A stretch of DNA of 64,000 nt from Deltaproteobacteria bacterium. GTDB lineage: Bacteria; Desulfobacterota; GWC2-55-46. Where the stretch lies: contig JACRCE010000063.1 of NCBI GenBank assembly GCA_016213015.1, forward strand, positions 39-64,038, written 5' to 3'. The notes beneath the pieces are model-generated. The model was not told where the DNA came from. It saw only the letters and a program-made list of their open reading frames with translations, and searched no databases. Shown one piece after another: positions 17,506 to 26,220 of this stretch. Each line of letters begins with the position of its first letter. Position 1 is the stretch's first letter. Made by a program: the position numbers and the translations under genes.

Positions 17506-18663
17506 ATGAAAAAGAAACGCCTCATATTTGTCGTTGCGGGGGGGATAGCCGCAGTCATCGTTGCAAGCGCGGTTTTTTTCTCCGTTCGCAGTAACGGCTT
17601 CGATGCGCCTGCATATAAGATCATAAAGGCCGCTAAGGGCGAGCTTAGGATTGAAGTCCTTGCGACCGGGGTCGTCGTGCCTGAGACCGAGGTGGTCGTC
17701 AAGAGCAAGGCCGGCGGCGAGATAACGCGCTTTCCCTTCCACGAGGGAGACCTGCTTGAAAAGGGCGTAGTCGTGGCGAGGCTCGACCCCAAGACCGAGC
17801 TTGCAAGGAAGAATCAGGCCGAGGCGAATCTTTTGGTAACTCAGGCGCGCCTCAACAAGGCGCGCATTTCCTATAAAGACGCGGACATGCGCCTCAAGCG
17901 CCAGAATAAGCTTTTTGAGGACGGCATAATCTCCAGACAAGACCTTGACGACGCCGAGATCGCCTTTGAAAAGGCCGGAAGCGACGTAAAGATCGCGGAG
18001 GCCGAGCTGAGCCAATCGCAAGAGGCGCTCAACGAGGAACGGGAGCGTCTTGCGGACACCGAGATAAAGGCGCCGTTTACCGGAACCATGCTGAGGAAGT
18101 TCGTTGACGCGGGGCAGGTCATATCCTCGTCCATGTCCTCCTTTTCGGACGGGACTCAGCTTTTCAGCATGGCCAACCTTGAAAAGATATACGTTGACGC
18201 GATGGTTGACGAGGTTGACATAGGCAGGGTCATCGCCGGTCAGGAGGCAAGCGCGACGATTGAATCGCTTCCCGGCGTAATATTCAGCGGCACGGTGGAG
18301 CGCATATCTCCAAAGGGCGAGGTCCAGCGCACGGTAACGGTCTTCAAGGTCTTTGTGCGCGTAAACGACAAGAACAAGGCCATGCTCAGGCCCGGCATGA
18401 CCGCCGACGTGAGGATACTTGCCGGACTCAGCAAGGATTCGCTCCTCATACCCAACGAGGCGTTGAAGCTCAAGAACGGCAAGAGCGGCATCTATGTCCT
18501 TGCGGGAGATGAGCCCGCGTGGCGCGAGATAAAGACCGGAAAGACCGACGGCCTTCAGACCGAGGTGACAAGCGGGCTCAAGGAAGGCGAGATCGTAGTA
18601 ACCTCCGGCATGATTAATGACGCGGCACATAAGGCACAGAGGAGGCGGTTCGTGATATTTTAG
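17506..18663 (+). CDS. macA: Efflux transporter periplasmic adaptor subunit (membrane fusion protein, MacA/HlyD family)
   Basis: N-terminal TM anchor, biotinyl-lipoyl-like and coiled-coil hairpin regions, and beta-barrel domains. Confidence 0.85.
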   Translation: MKKKRLIFVVAGGIAAVIVASAVFFSVRSNGFDAPAYKIIKAAKGELRIEVLATGVVVPETEVVVKSKAGGEITRFPFHEGDLLEKGVVVARLDPKTELARKNQAEANLLVTQARLNKARISYKDADMRLKRQNKLFEDGIISRQDLDDAEIAFEKAGSDVKIAEAELSQSQEALNEERERLADTEIKAPFTGTMLRKFVDAGQVISSSMSSFSDGTQLFSMANLEKIYVDAMVDEVDIGRVIAGQEASATIESLPGVIFSGTVERISPKGEVQRTVTVFKVFVRVNDKNKAMLRPGMTADVRILAGLSKDSLLIPNEALKLKNGKSGIYVLAGDEPAWREIKTGKTDGLQTEVTSGLKEGEIVVTSGMINDAAHKAQRRRFVIF

Positions 18664-18715
18664 CGGGCTACCCGAAAGTCTTGCGTTTTTATAGATATGC
18701 AAATATAATCACTTT

Positions 18716-19453
18716 ATGAAAAAATATTCGAAGGCGCCCATTGAAGAGGCCGTTTTTGACATCAAAATAGACCCTGCCCTATCTATTGAAGGCAAGGATT
18801 TGGAGTCCTTGTACACAAAGGTTTCAGACCGCTATCCTATAAAGGAAATTCTAAGAACATCCGAGGTAATTAGTGAAGTAAAGGATGGAGAATTAGCAAA
18901 TGTTCAGGCAAGAAGCAAGGGAGTGGTGGGTTTTCGTTTTTGGGATAAAGAACGTAAGCAGGTATGCAATTTCGGATTGGACGGTTTCAATTTCAGCCGT
19001 TTGAGGCCATATAGCGGATGGGAAGACTGTTTTCCAGAGGCGATGAGATTATGGGGTGTTTATAAAGCGGACTTCAACCTCCATCATATCAAGCGGGTCG
19101 CCGTTCGATTCATCAATATTATCAAAATTACGGAAACTCGATTTGAACTTGCCGATTATTTTAATAACCCGCCAGCCCCCCCGACAGGGCTTCCGCAGGA
19201 TTTGACGGAATTTTTTTCACGTTTAAGAGTACGATATGAGGACGGTTATTTTGCAATTATTACCCTTGCCATACAAATGCCCGCTGAGCCAAATACCGCC
19301 TCGATACTGTTGGACATAGACGTATGCACGGAGACGCCTTTTGAAGCGGTTGATGAAGGCCGGCTTGAAAAAATCTTTGAACGCCTCCGGCATATCAAAA
19401 ATGATGTCTTTGATAAGAGCATCACACAAAAAACCAAGGAACTCATAAAATGA
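18716..19453 (+). CDS. Hypothetical protein, first gene of a low-GC three-gene cassette (the N-terminus KAPIEEAVFDIKID is reminiscent of the uncharacterised TIGR04255-type family)
   Basis: 245 aa; GC is visibly lower (about 42-45%) than the flanking genes; its stop overlaps the next start (ATGA). Confidence 0.55.
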   Translation: MKKYSKAPIEEAVFDIKIDPALSIEGKDLESLYTKVSDRYPIKEILRTSEVISEVKDGELANVQARSKGVVGFRFWDKERKQVCNFGLDGFNFSRLRPYSGWEDCFPEAMRLWGVYKADFNLHHIKRVAVRFINIIKITETRFELADYFNNPPAPPTGLPQDLTEFFSRLRVRYEDGYFAIITLAIQMPAEPNTASILLDIDVCTETPFEAVDEGRLEKIFERLRHIKNDVFDKSITQKTKELIK

Positions 19454-19947
19454 TAGACATGGCGCTTGTCCAAGTTGCTTTTAACCGTGACAATGCAAGA
19501 CCTGTAGTTGTTTGCGAAGCGGCAAAAGGAACCAACGACGAGCTTTTCCGTAGCGCGTTCCTTGACACGCCTTCAATACTCTTTAGCTGGCGTTTAAGGC
19601 TTAAAAACAGGATATACACCTTAGCTAAGGACTGTTCTTCCGAAGGGTGGAATGGCGAGGGCGCTTTTCCTATGTCAAGTGAGGCGATTAACGCGGCCGA
19701 GCGTTTTATAGACCTTTTGCCGGAAGGCGTTATGGAACCGTCCATCACCGTTGAAAACACAGGCGATATGGCATTCGATTGGGACATCGGAGCGGATATG
19801 ACCTTTACCGTTATCGTATCAAGAGACCGCGCCGTTTATGCCGGTATATTCGGCGATTCAAGACGACGCGGCACGGAAAGGATTCACAGCGAACTCCCCG
19901 GCACAATCAAAGACGTGCTGTTGGCGTACTTTAGAAAGAAAACCTGA
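19450..19947 (+). CDS. Hypothetical protein, second gene of the cassette
   Basis: 165 aa, translationally coupled on both sides; no recognisable motif. Confidence 0.5.
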   Translation: MIDMALVQVAFNRDNARPVVVCEAAKGTNDELFRSAFLDTPSILFSWRLRLKNRIYTLAKDCSSEGWNGEGAFPMSSEAINAAERFIDLLPEGVMEPSITVENTGDMAFDWDIGADMTFTVIVSRDRAVYAGIFGDSRRRGTERIHSELPGTIKDVLLAYFRKKT

Positions 19948-20369
19948 TGCCCGAACCCGCTCTTTCCTTAAAGGAGCCGGTTGAAGACGATGAGGCCATT
20001 TCCAGGTTTTTAACCGATGAAGATTCATTTTATCGGAAGACGGAAAGGGTTCATCACTCGGCCTTTAAGCTCCCGCGAGGGCACAACGCCATCTCCGTAT
20101 ATCGCACAAAAGATATGGTTGACCGCGCGATATGGGATATGGCGCGAAGATTTGTTACGGAACTCAGACCTGACCGCAAAGAGGTCTTGGCAAGGGCGGA
20201 ACTTAAAGCCGGCGACTATAAAGGGCTTCATTTAAAGTTTAGCTGGGATGGAAAACCGCATCCGAGGCATGTGAATATCGAAGGGTGGCCTTCAAGCGTA
20301 GAAGACATGCTTGCAGTAAGAAAAGAGCTTGCAAACAAAGCCCGCCTGATCAGCAAATCGGCAAATTAA
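19947..20369 (+). CDS. Hypothetical protein, third gene of the cassette
   Basis: 140 aa, start overlapping the upstream stop (TGATG); basic, with conserved-looking His/Arg patches (ERVHHSAFKLPRGH, PRHVNIEGWP) of unknown meaning. Confidence 0.5.
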   Translation: MPEPALSLKEPVEDDEAISRFLTDEDSFYRKTERVHHSAFKLPRGHNAISVYRTKDMVDRAIWDMARRFVTELRPDRKEVLARAELKAGDYKGLHLKFSWDGKPHPRHVNIEGWPSSVEDMLAVRKELANKARLISKSAN

Positions 20370-20435
20370 TCCATTTGCGCTTTGTCATGCCTTTGCCGTG
20401 TCCATTGTTGCGTCAGAGGAACTTTACGCATCGCC

Positions 20436-21092
20436 ATGATCGAGCTTATTGACATCAAAAAATCATACCGCATGGGGGCATCGTCGGTCGACGCCCTCAA
20501 GGGCATAAGCCTTGTTGTCAAGAAGGGCGAGTATGCGGCCATAATGGGGCCTTCGGGCAGCGGCAAGTCTACCCTAATGAACATCATCGGTTGCCTTGAC
20601 AGGCCCACTCACGGCTCTTACACGCTCTCTGGGGTAAGGGTGGACGCCATGACCGAGGACGAGCTTGCCCGGCTGCGAAACACGCACATCGGCTTCGTTT
20701 TCCAGACCTTCAACCTGCTTTCAAGGCACACGGCGCTTGAGAACGTGGAACTGCCTCTGCTGTACGCGGGAGAGGCCGATACCGAAGGCCGGGCAATGGC
20801 CGCGCTTGAGGCAGTGCGGCTTGGGGCGAGGGCCGGACACAGGCCCAATGAGCTTTCAGGCGGAGAGCGCCAGAGGGTCGCGATCGCCCGGGCGCTTGTT
20901 TCAAACCCGTCTATAATACTAGCGGATGAGCCTACCGGAAACCTCGACAGCGTCAGCGGCGCCGAGATACTCAGGATATTCGACGAACTTCACGCCAACG
21001 GCGCGACCATCGTCCTCGTTACGCACGACGCGGACGTCGCCGGAAGGACCCAAAGGACCATAACCATCCGCGACGGCTTGGCAACGGTTTGA
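20436..21092 (+). CDS. macB: ABC transporter ATP-binding protein (MacB/LolD-type ATPase)
   Basis: Walker [13 protein letters not shown] signature LSGGERQR and Walker [12 protein letters not shown]; start at MIELIDIKK. Confidence 0.9.
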   Translation: MIELIDIKKSYRMGASSVDALKGISLVVKKGEYAAIMGPSGSGKSTLMNIIGCLDRPTHGSYTLSGVRVDAMTEDELARLRNTHIGFVFQTFNLLSRHTALENVELPLLYAGEADTEGRAMAALEAVRLGARAGHRPNELSGGERQRVAIARALVSNPSIILADEPTGNLDSVSGAEILRIFDELHANGATIVLVTHDADVAGRTQRTITIRDGLATV

Positions 21093-21093
21093 G

Positions 21094-21392
21094 GTTGCCT
21101 CTAAAAATTGCTATTTTTCCCGATTTCCTTGTCATGGCAAAAATACACCGGTTGCCCGTCGGCTTGCGCCCAGCACCACTTCGTGCCGAAAAAGTGTATC
21201 GTTTGACAAGTCTCGTATTGCGAAGTGGCGCTGGGCGCAATAAGACGGGCTTCAAAGAGAGCGTGAGCTTCCTTACCGGGGCTAACCGCGCTTTTGCGGT
21301 TGGCCCAATGCTCACATATTAGTGTATATGCTACGCTTTTTATTTTTGCCCTTCCTCGAACTCGGAACAACTTTCTAATTTTTAGAAGCAAC
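21094..21392. mobile_element. MITE-like non-autonomous element, copy 2 (about 299 bp), with the same terminal inverted repeats as 7485-7698
   Basis: GTTGCCTCTAAAAATTGCTATTTTTCCCGATTTC at the left end and CTAATTTTTAGAAGCAAC at the right; the internal CGCCCAGCACCACTT ... AAGTGGCGCTGGGCG hairpin. Inserted between the ATPase and permease genes of the macB system. Confidence 0.6.
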
Positions 21393-21414
21393 CTTGAAAT
21401 GATAGGGATTAGTT

Positions 21415-22623
21415 ATGCTGCTCTTGAAAACCATGCAGGTCGCCTTCAGGGCCATACTGGCCAACAAGATGCGAACCGGGCTGACCATGCTCGGCATCGT
21501 CATCGGCGTGGCCGCGATAATCGCCATGATCTCCATCGGCGAGGGCGCGAAGGCTCAGGTCGTTGAGTCCATAACGAGGTTCGGCACCAATTCGCTGAGG
21601 GTGCGCCCGGGCGCGGCGCGCCTCGGACACATACAGACGGGCGCGGTAGAGACCCTTACCATAGAGGACGCGGACGTCATAAGGGCGTCGGTCGCCGACG
21701 TGGCCTATGCAAGCCCGGCTATATCCGGCACCTATCAGGTAAAGTACGCCAACAAGAACTCCACCACGCTCATTACCGGCACTACGCCCGAGTACATGAC
21801 CATCAACAATTTTCCGGTCGACACCGGACGTCTCTTCGACGCAACGGACTTAAAACTCGTAAAGCGCGTGGCGATGCTCGGCACGACCGTCAAAAAAGAG
21901 CTGTTTGGCGACGGCCCGGCGATCGGCTCCGAGATCAAGGTCTCTGGCATGAGTTTTCTCGTCATCGGCGTCATGCAGACAAAGGGGCAGACCTCGTGGT
22001 ACGACCCGGACGATCAGGTCTTCATACCCATAACCACGTCGCAAAAGCGGCTTTCAAATCAGGATCATATTAACGACGTCTACATACAAGTCGCAACGGT
22101 TGACGCGATACCCAAGGTAAAGGCCGAGGTTGAAAAACTCCTTCGCGCAAGGCACAGGATAGCCGCGGACGCGGAGTCGGACTTCAGCATAAGGGACTTC
22201 AGCGAGTTCGTGCGGACGCTCAAGCAGACGGTGAGGACGTTTTCCATCTTATTGTCCGGCATCGCCGCGGTGTCGCTCCTCGTGGGCGGCATAGGCGTGA
22301 TGAACATAATGCTCGTGTCCGTTACCGAGCGCACGAGGGAGATAGGCATCCGCATGGCCGTGGGCGCGCGCAGAGCCGACATACTGAGGCAGTTCCTGAT
22401 AGAGGCGGTTTCGATAACGATTACCGGCGGCGCTATCGGCGTAGGTCTGGGGATGCTGATAAGCAAATTCATCTCATGGTTCGGCGAATGGCAGACCATA
22501 ATAACGCCGTATTCGGTCTTGCTCGGCTTTTTTTTCGCGGTTGCGATAGGCATCATCTTCGGCATCTATCCGGCCAGAAAGGCTTCTCTTTTGGATCCTA
22601 TAGAGGCGCTGAGATATGAGTAA
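21415..22623 (+). CDS. ABC transporter permease (MacB/FtsX family, with a large periplasmic domain)
   Basis: 402 aa with an N-terminal TM, a periplasmic domain of about 200 aa, and three C-terminal TM helices with the FtsX-like motif. Confidence 0.85.
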   Translation: MLLLKTMQVAFRAILANKMRTGLTMLGIVIGVAAIIAMISIGEGAKAQVVESITRFGTNSLRVRPGAARLGHIQTGAVETLTIEDADVIRASVADVAYASPAISGTYQVKYANKNSTTLITGTTPEYMTINNFPVDTGRLFDATDLKLVKRVAMLGTTVKKELFGDGPAIGSEIKVSGMSFLVIGVMQTKGQTSWYDPDDQVFIPITTSQKRLSNQDHINDVYIQVATVDAIPKVKAEVEKLLRARHRIAADAESDFSIRDFSEFVRTLKQTVRTFSILLSGIAAVSLLVGGIGVMNIMLVSVTERTREIGIRMAVGARRADILRQFLIEAVSITITGGAIGVGLGMLISKFISWFGEWQTIITPYSVLLGFFFAVAIGIIFGIYPARKASLLDPIEALRYE

Positions 22624-22760
22624 AACCGCCTTTGTATATTCCGACAAATTCGGCTCGTTCTACTACGGCCTTGACCATCCGATGCGGGTCAAAGACGTTT
22701 CTGCCGTTTGTGCGGGCGTGGCCTTTCTCAGGACAGAGGTTTTGCCGCTTGCACAAAGGC
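22617..22760 (+). pseudogene. Possible 5' remnant (48 codons) of a histone-deacetylase/AcuC-family gene, truncated by the downstream restriction-modification insertion
   Basis: The ATG overlaps the macB permease stop (ATGAGTAA); the peptide MSKTAFVYSDKFGSFYYGLDHPMRV resembles an HDAC-family N-terminus. The ORF terminates after 48 codons and is followed by the promoter of the methyltransferase. Confidence 0.3.
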
Positions 22761-22840
22761 GCTGAAACGGAAAGATCAGGCTTGACTGCTTGCGGCGATA
22801 TTAATAATATGAAGGCGGTTCTCAGCCACGGAAGGATGCC

Positions 22841-23704
22841 ATGAAGATACCGGTTGAACTATTGCTCGGCGACTGCAAAGAGGCGCTCAAAAACCTCTCC
22901 GATGATTCAATAGACCTGATATTCACCTCTCCGCCCTACGCCGACAGCCGCAAAAACAGCTACGGCGGAATTCATCCTGATAGGTACGTTTCATGGTTCC
23001 TGCCGGCATCGAAGGAGTTGTTAAGGGTCTTAAAACCGGCGGGGACGTTTGTCTTAAACATAAAGGAAAAGGTGGTTGAGTCCGAACGCCACACCTACGT
23101 CTGCGAACTGATACTTGAGATGAAAAAACAGGGATGGCTTTGGACCGAAGAGTTCATCTGGCACAAGAAAAATTGCTACCCCGGCAAATGGCCCAACAGA
23201 TTTCGTGATTCATGGGAGAGGCTTTTGCAGTTTAACAAGCAAAAGAGGTTCAACATGTATCAGGAGGCCGTCATGGTTCCGACTGGAGACTGGGCAAAGG
23301 ACAGGTTAAGGAATCTGAGCGAAACCGACAGGACCCGCGATAATGCTAAAAACGGCAGCGGATTCGGAAAAAACGTTTCCAATTGGCTCAACAGGGACAG
23401 GGCATATCCAACGAATGTCCTGTATCTGGCGACCGAGTGCGGCAATAAAAACCATAGCGCGGCATTTCCCAAGGCGCTTCCCGAATGGTTTATAAAACTT
23501 TTCACAAAGCAGGGAGATTCGGTGCTCGACCCCTTCATGGGTTCGGGAACAACCGTGCTCACGGCATGCGGCATGAACAGGAGGGCAATCGGGATTGAGA
23601 TTCACCCGCAATACTATAAATCCGTTCAAAACATGCTGAGTCTGCAAAAAAAAACCGCGCCGGAAAGAGCCAATGAGAAGATCCAGATCGCTCTCTTTAG
23701 ATGA
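22841..23704 (+). CDS. Site-specific DNA methyltransferase, beta-class (N4-cytosine or N6-adenine), of a type II restriction-modification system
   Basis: Catalytic motif DLIFTSPPY near the N-terminus and AdoMet motif VLDPFMGSGTT near the C-terminus. Confidence 0.85.
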   Translation: MKIPVELLLGDCKEALKNLSDDSIDLIFTSPPYADSRKNSYGGIHPDRYVSWFLPASKELLRVLKPAGTFVLNIKEKVVESERHTYVCELILEMKKQGWLWTEEFIWHKKNCYPGKWPNRFRDSWERLLQFNKQKRFNMYQEAVMVPTGDWAKDRLRNLSETDRTRDNAKNGSGFGKNVSNWLNRDRAYPTNVLYLATECGNKNHSAAFPKALPEWFIKLFTKQGDSVLDPFMGSGTTVLTACGMNRRAIGIEIHPQYYKSVQNMLSLQKKTAPERANEKIQIALFR

Positions 23705-24434
23705 CATAACGGCCTATGTTAAAAAGAACGTGGGGGTGTTTCATGAAAACCGCCTGCGGAGTCTTCAAGGTTTGAAGCTGAATAGTGTAATCCCTCGGAA
23801 AAACCCATACCTTTTCAAAGCCAAGCATATCCTGAGCGCGAACGATTTTGTAAAGCTGATACTTGACGCGCATCTGTCATCGCAGGAAGAAACCATATTT
23901 GGAGACTTTCTCGAAGGTCTGTCCATCCATGTTTGCAGTAAGGTTTACGGCGGCAGGAAATCTTCCGCCGAAGGCATTGATTTGGAATTGGAAAAGGGCG
24001 GCAATAGATATATAGTGGCCATAAAATCCGGGCCTAACTGGGGAAACAGCTCTCAAATAAGAAAGATGCGGGAAGATTTCAAACGCGCAAAAAAGATTAT
24101 AAGGACCTCCGCGCCGTCAACGGCCGATGAAAACATCGTGGCCGTAAATGGCTGCTGTTACGGCAGGGACTCATCCCCGGACAAGGGCGACTATTTCAAG
24201 CTCTGCGGTCAGAGATATTGGGAGTTTATCTCCGGACGCTGTGATTTATTTACGACGATAATCGAGCCGCTTGGCGCCAAGGCTAAAGAGAAAAACGAGA
24301 AGTTCGTACGCGCCTACTCAAGGATGATAAACAAGTTTACCGCATCGTTTATACGCGATTTTTGCATAGACGGACGGATAAACTGGGAAGGCATCGTGAA
24401 GTTTAACTCGGCGGTTGAAAGATCGGATATTTAG
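23673..24434 (+). CDS. Putative cognate type II restriction endonuclease (PD-(D/E)XK-like)
   Basis: 253 aa overlapping the methyltransferase gene by 32 bp; a candidate PD...(D/E)xK core GIDLELEK; lower GC than the backbone. Confidence 0.5.
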   Translation: MRRSRSLSLDDITAYVKKNVGVFHENRLRSLQGLKLNSVIPRKNPYLFKAKHILSANDFVKLILDAHLSSQEETIFGDFLEGLSIHVCSKVYGGRKSSAEGIDLELEKGGNRYIVAIKSGPNWGNSSQIRKMREDFKRAKKIIRTSAPSTADENIVAVNGCCYGRDSSPDKGDYFKLCGQRYWEFISGRCDLFTTIIEPLGAKAKEKNEKFVRAYSRMINKFTASFIRDFCIDGRINWEGIVKFNSAVERSDI

Positions 24435-24441
24435 CGAATTT

Positions 24442-25542
24442 ATGATAATCGGCATCCCAAAAGAGATAAAAGAGAACGAACATCGTGTCGGCTGCGTTCC
24501 ATCCGGCGTAAGGGCGCTTGTTGACGCCGGGCACAAGGTTATAGTCGAGTCCGGGGCAGGCTCTGGCAGTTCCATAACCGATGATGAGTATGCGGCATCA
24601 GGCGCTGAGATCGCCCAGTCGGCAACCGAGGTCTACGGACGCGCCGCACTTATCGTAAAGGTAAAGGAGCCGAGGCCGGTGGAGTATAGTCTTATCCGTC
24701 CCGGCCAGACGATATTCACCTTTTTGCACCTTGCCGCAAACCCTGCCCTTGCAGACGGGCTCATAGAAAAAGGCGCAACCGCCATTGCCTATGAAACCGT
24801 TGAGCTTGAGAATGGAACCCTGCCTTTATTGCACCCCATGAGCGAGGTTGCCGGAAGGCTTGCCGTGCTTGCGGGCGCTCACGCCCTTATGAAGCACTAC
24901 GGCGGAAGGGGAGCGCTCCTCAGCGGCGTACCGGGTGTTGCGCCCGGAAACGTGGTCATACTCGGCGCAGGGGTTGCCGGGCACAACGCGGCAAGGGTCG
25001 CCGTTGGCATAGGCGCAGACGTTACGATCATGGACATGAACTTATCGCGCCTTCGCGCCATTGACGATACATTCCAAGGACGCATTAAAACCGTCGCGTC
25101 AAACGCATACAATATTGAAGCCGCCTTGAAAAGATGCGACCTGCTCATCGGCGCGGTGCATATACCCGGGGCAAGGACGCCAAGATTGGTAACAAGACGG
25201 ATGCTTGGTTCCATGAAAAAGGGCGCGGTCATCGTGGACGTATCGGTTGATCAGGGCGGGTGCGTTGAGACCATACGTCCGACGACCCACTCCGACCCGA
25301 CCTACGAGGTTGACGGCATAGTGCACTACGGAGTCGCCAACATGCCCGGCGCGGTTCCGAGGACCGCGACCTTTGCCCTTACGAACGCGACCCTGCCTTA
25401 CGTCCTTGCGCTCGCTAATAAGGGGTTGAAAGAGGCATGCGTTGTCATGCCGGGCCTTGCAAAAGGCGTAAACCTGCATAACGGCCTTGTTACCCATCCG
25501 TCGGTTGCCAAGGCGATCAACAGGGATTTTACGCCGCTCTGA
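24442..25542 (+). CDS. ald: Alanine dehydrogenase
   Basis: MIIGIPKEIK.NE.RV N-terminus and the NAD-binding motif VVILGAGVAG; about 367 aa. Confidence 0.9.
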   Translation: MIIGIPKEIKENEHRVGCVPSGVRALVDAGHKVIVESGAGSGSSITDDEYAASGAEIAQSATEVYGRAALIVKVKEPRPVEYSLIRPGQTIFTFLHLAANPALADGLIEKGATAIAYETVELENGTLPLLHPMSEVAGRLAVLAGAHALMKHYGGRGALLSGVPGVAPGNVVILGAGVAGHNAARVAVGIGADVTIMDMNLSRLRAIDDTFQGRIKTVASNAYNIEAALKRCDLLIGAVHIPGARTPRLVTRRMLGSMKKGAVIVDVSVDQGGCVETIRPTTHSDPTYEVDGIVHYGVANMPGAVPRTATFALTNATLPYVLALANKGLKEACVVMPGLAKGVNLHNGLVTHPSVAKAINRDFTPL

Positions 25543-26157
25543 TTATTGTCCTTGCCGCCCCTTCTTATCCAAATCGAACGGCATCTCCTTCCACTTGCCG
25601 GATTCGAGGTCTCCAAGTTCCCATTGGCCCACGCACACCCTAATGAGACGGAGCGTCGGGAGGCCCACGGCCGCTGTCATGCGGCGCACCTGCCTGTTCC
25701 TGCCCTCGATTATCGTCAACTTGAGCCACGCGGTAGGTATTTCTTTCCTATAGCGTATGGGCGGCACACGCGGCCAGATGACGTTCCCACGCTGGAGCGT
25801 GGGAACGATAGGGGCTTCGACAACCTCTGCCGTTGCGGGCAGGGTCATGCCGTCGTTCAAAGAGACTCCGCGGCAGAGTTTTTCAATGGCCTCGTCACAC
25901 GGGACGCCTTCCACCTGTGCAAGGTAGGTCTTGGGGAGTTTGTGGCGCGGGTCCGAGATGCGATGCTGTAAAGACCCGTCGTTGGTGAGCACGACGAGTC
26001 CTTCGCTGTCATAATCGAGACGGCCCGCGGCGTACACGTCCGGGACGGGTATGTAATCCGAGAGGGTTCTTCGCCCCTCCTTGTCCATGAACTGACATAG
26101 CACGTGGAAGGGCTTATTGAAGAGTATGAGCCGCGGCTTGGAGCACGGTTTTTTCAA
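25543..26157 (-). CDS. rRNA pseudouridine synthase (RsuA/RluE family)
   Basis: LILFNKP..V..., the catalytic GRLD..SEGL..LTNDG and the RluE-like C-terminus. Confidence 0.8.
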   Translation of the reverse strand: MKKPCSKPRLILFNKPFHVLCQFMDKEGRRTLSDYIPVPDVYAAGRLDYDSEGLVVLTNDGSLQHRISDPRHKLPKTYLAQVEGVPCDEAIEKLCRGVSLNDGMTLPATAEVVEAPIVPTLQRGNVIWPRVPPIRYRKEIPTAWLKLTIIEGRNRQVRRMTAAVGLPTLRLIRVCVGQWELGDLESGKWKEMPFDLDKKGRQGQ

Positions 26158-26220
26158 GTATGGCCTCTTTTTTTACTCTTGCTTGTGATTTTGCCCTGTT
26201 TGTAATATCGTAAACGCATT

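Noticed and set aside
17374-18702. 442-aa ORF on the minus strand
   Set aside because: It is antisense to macA and has no recognisable motifs.
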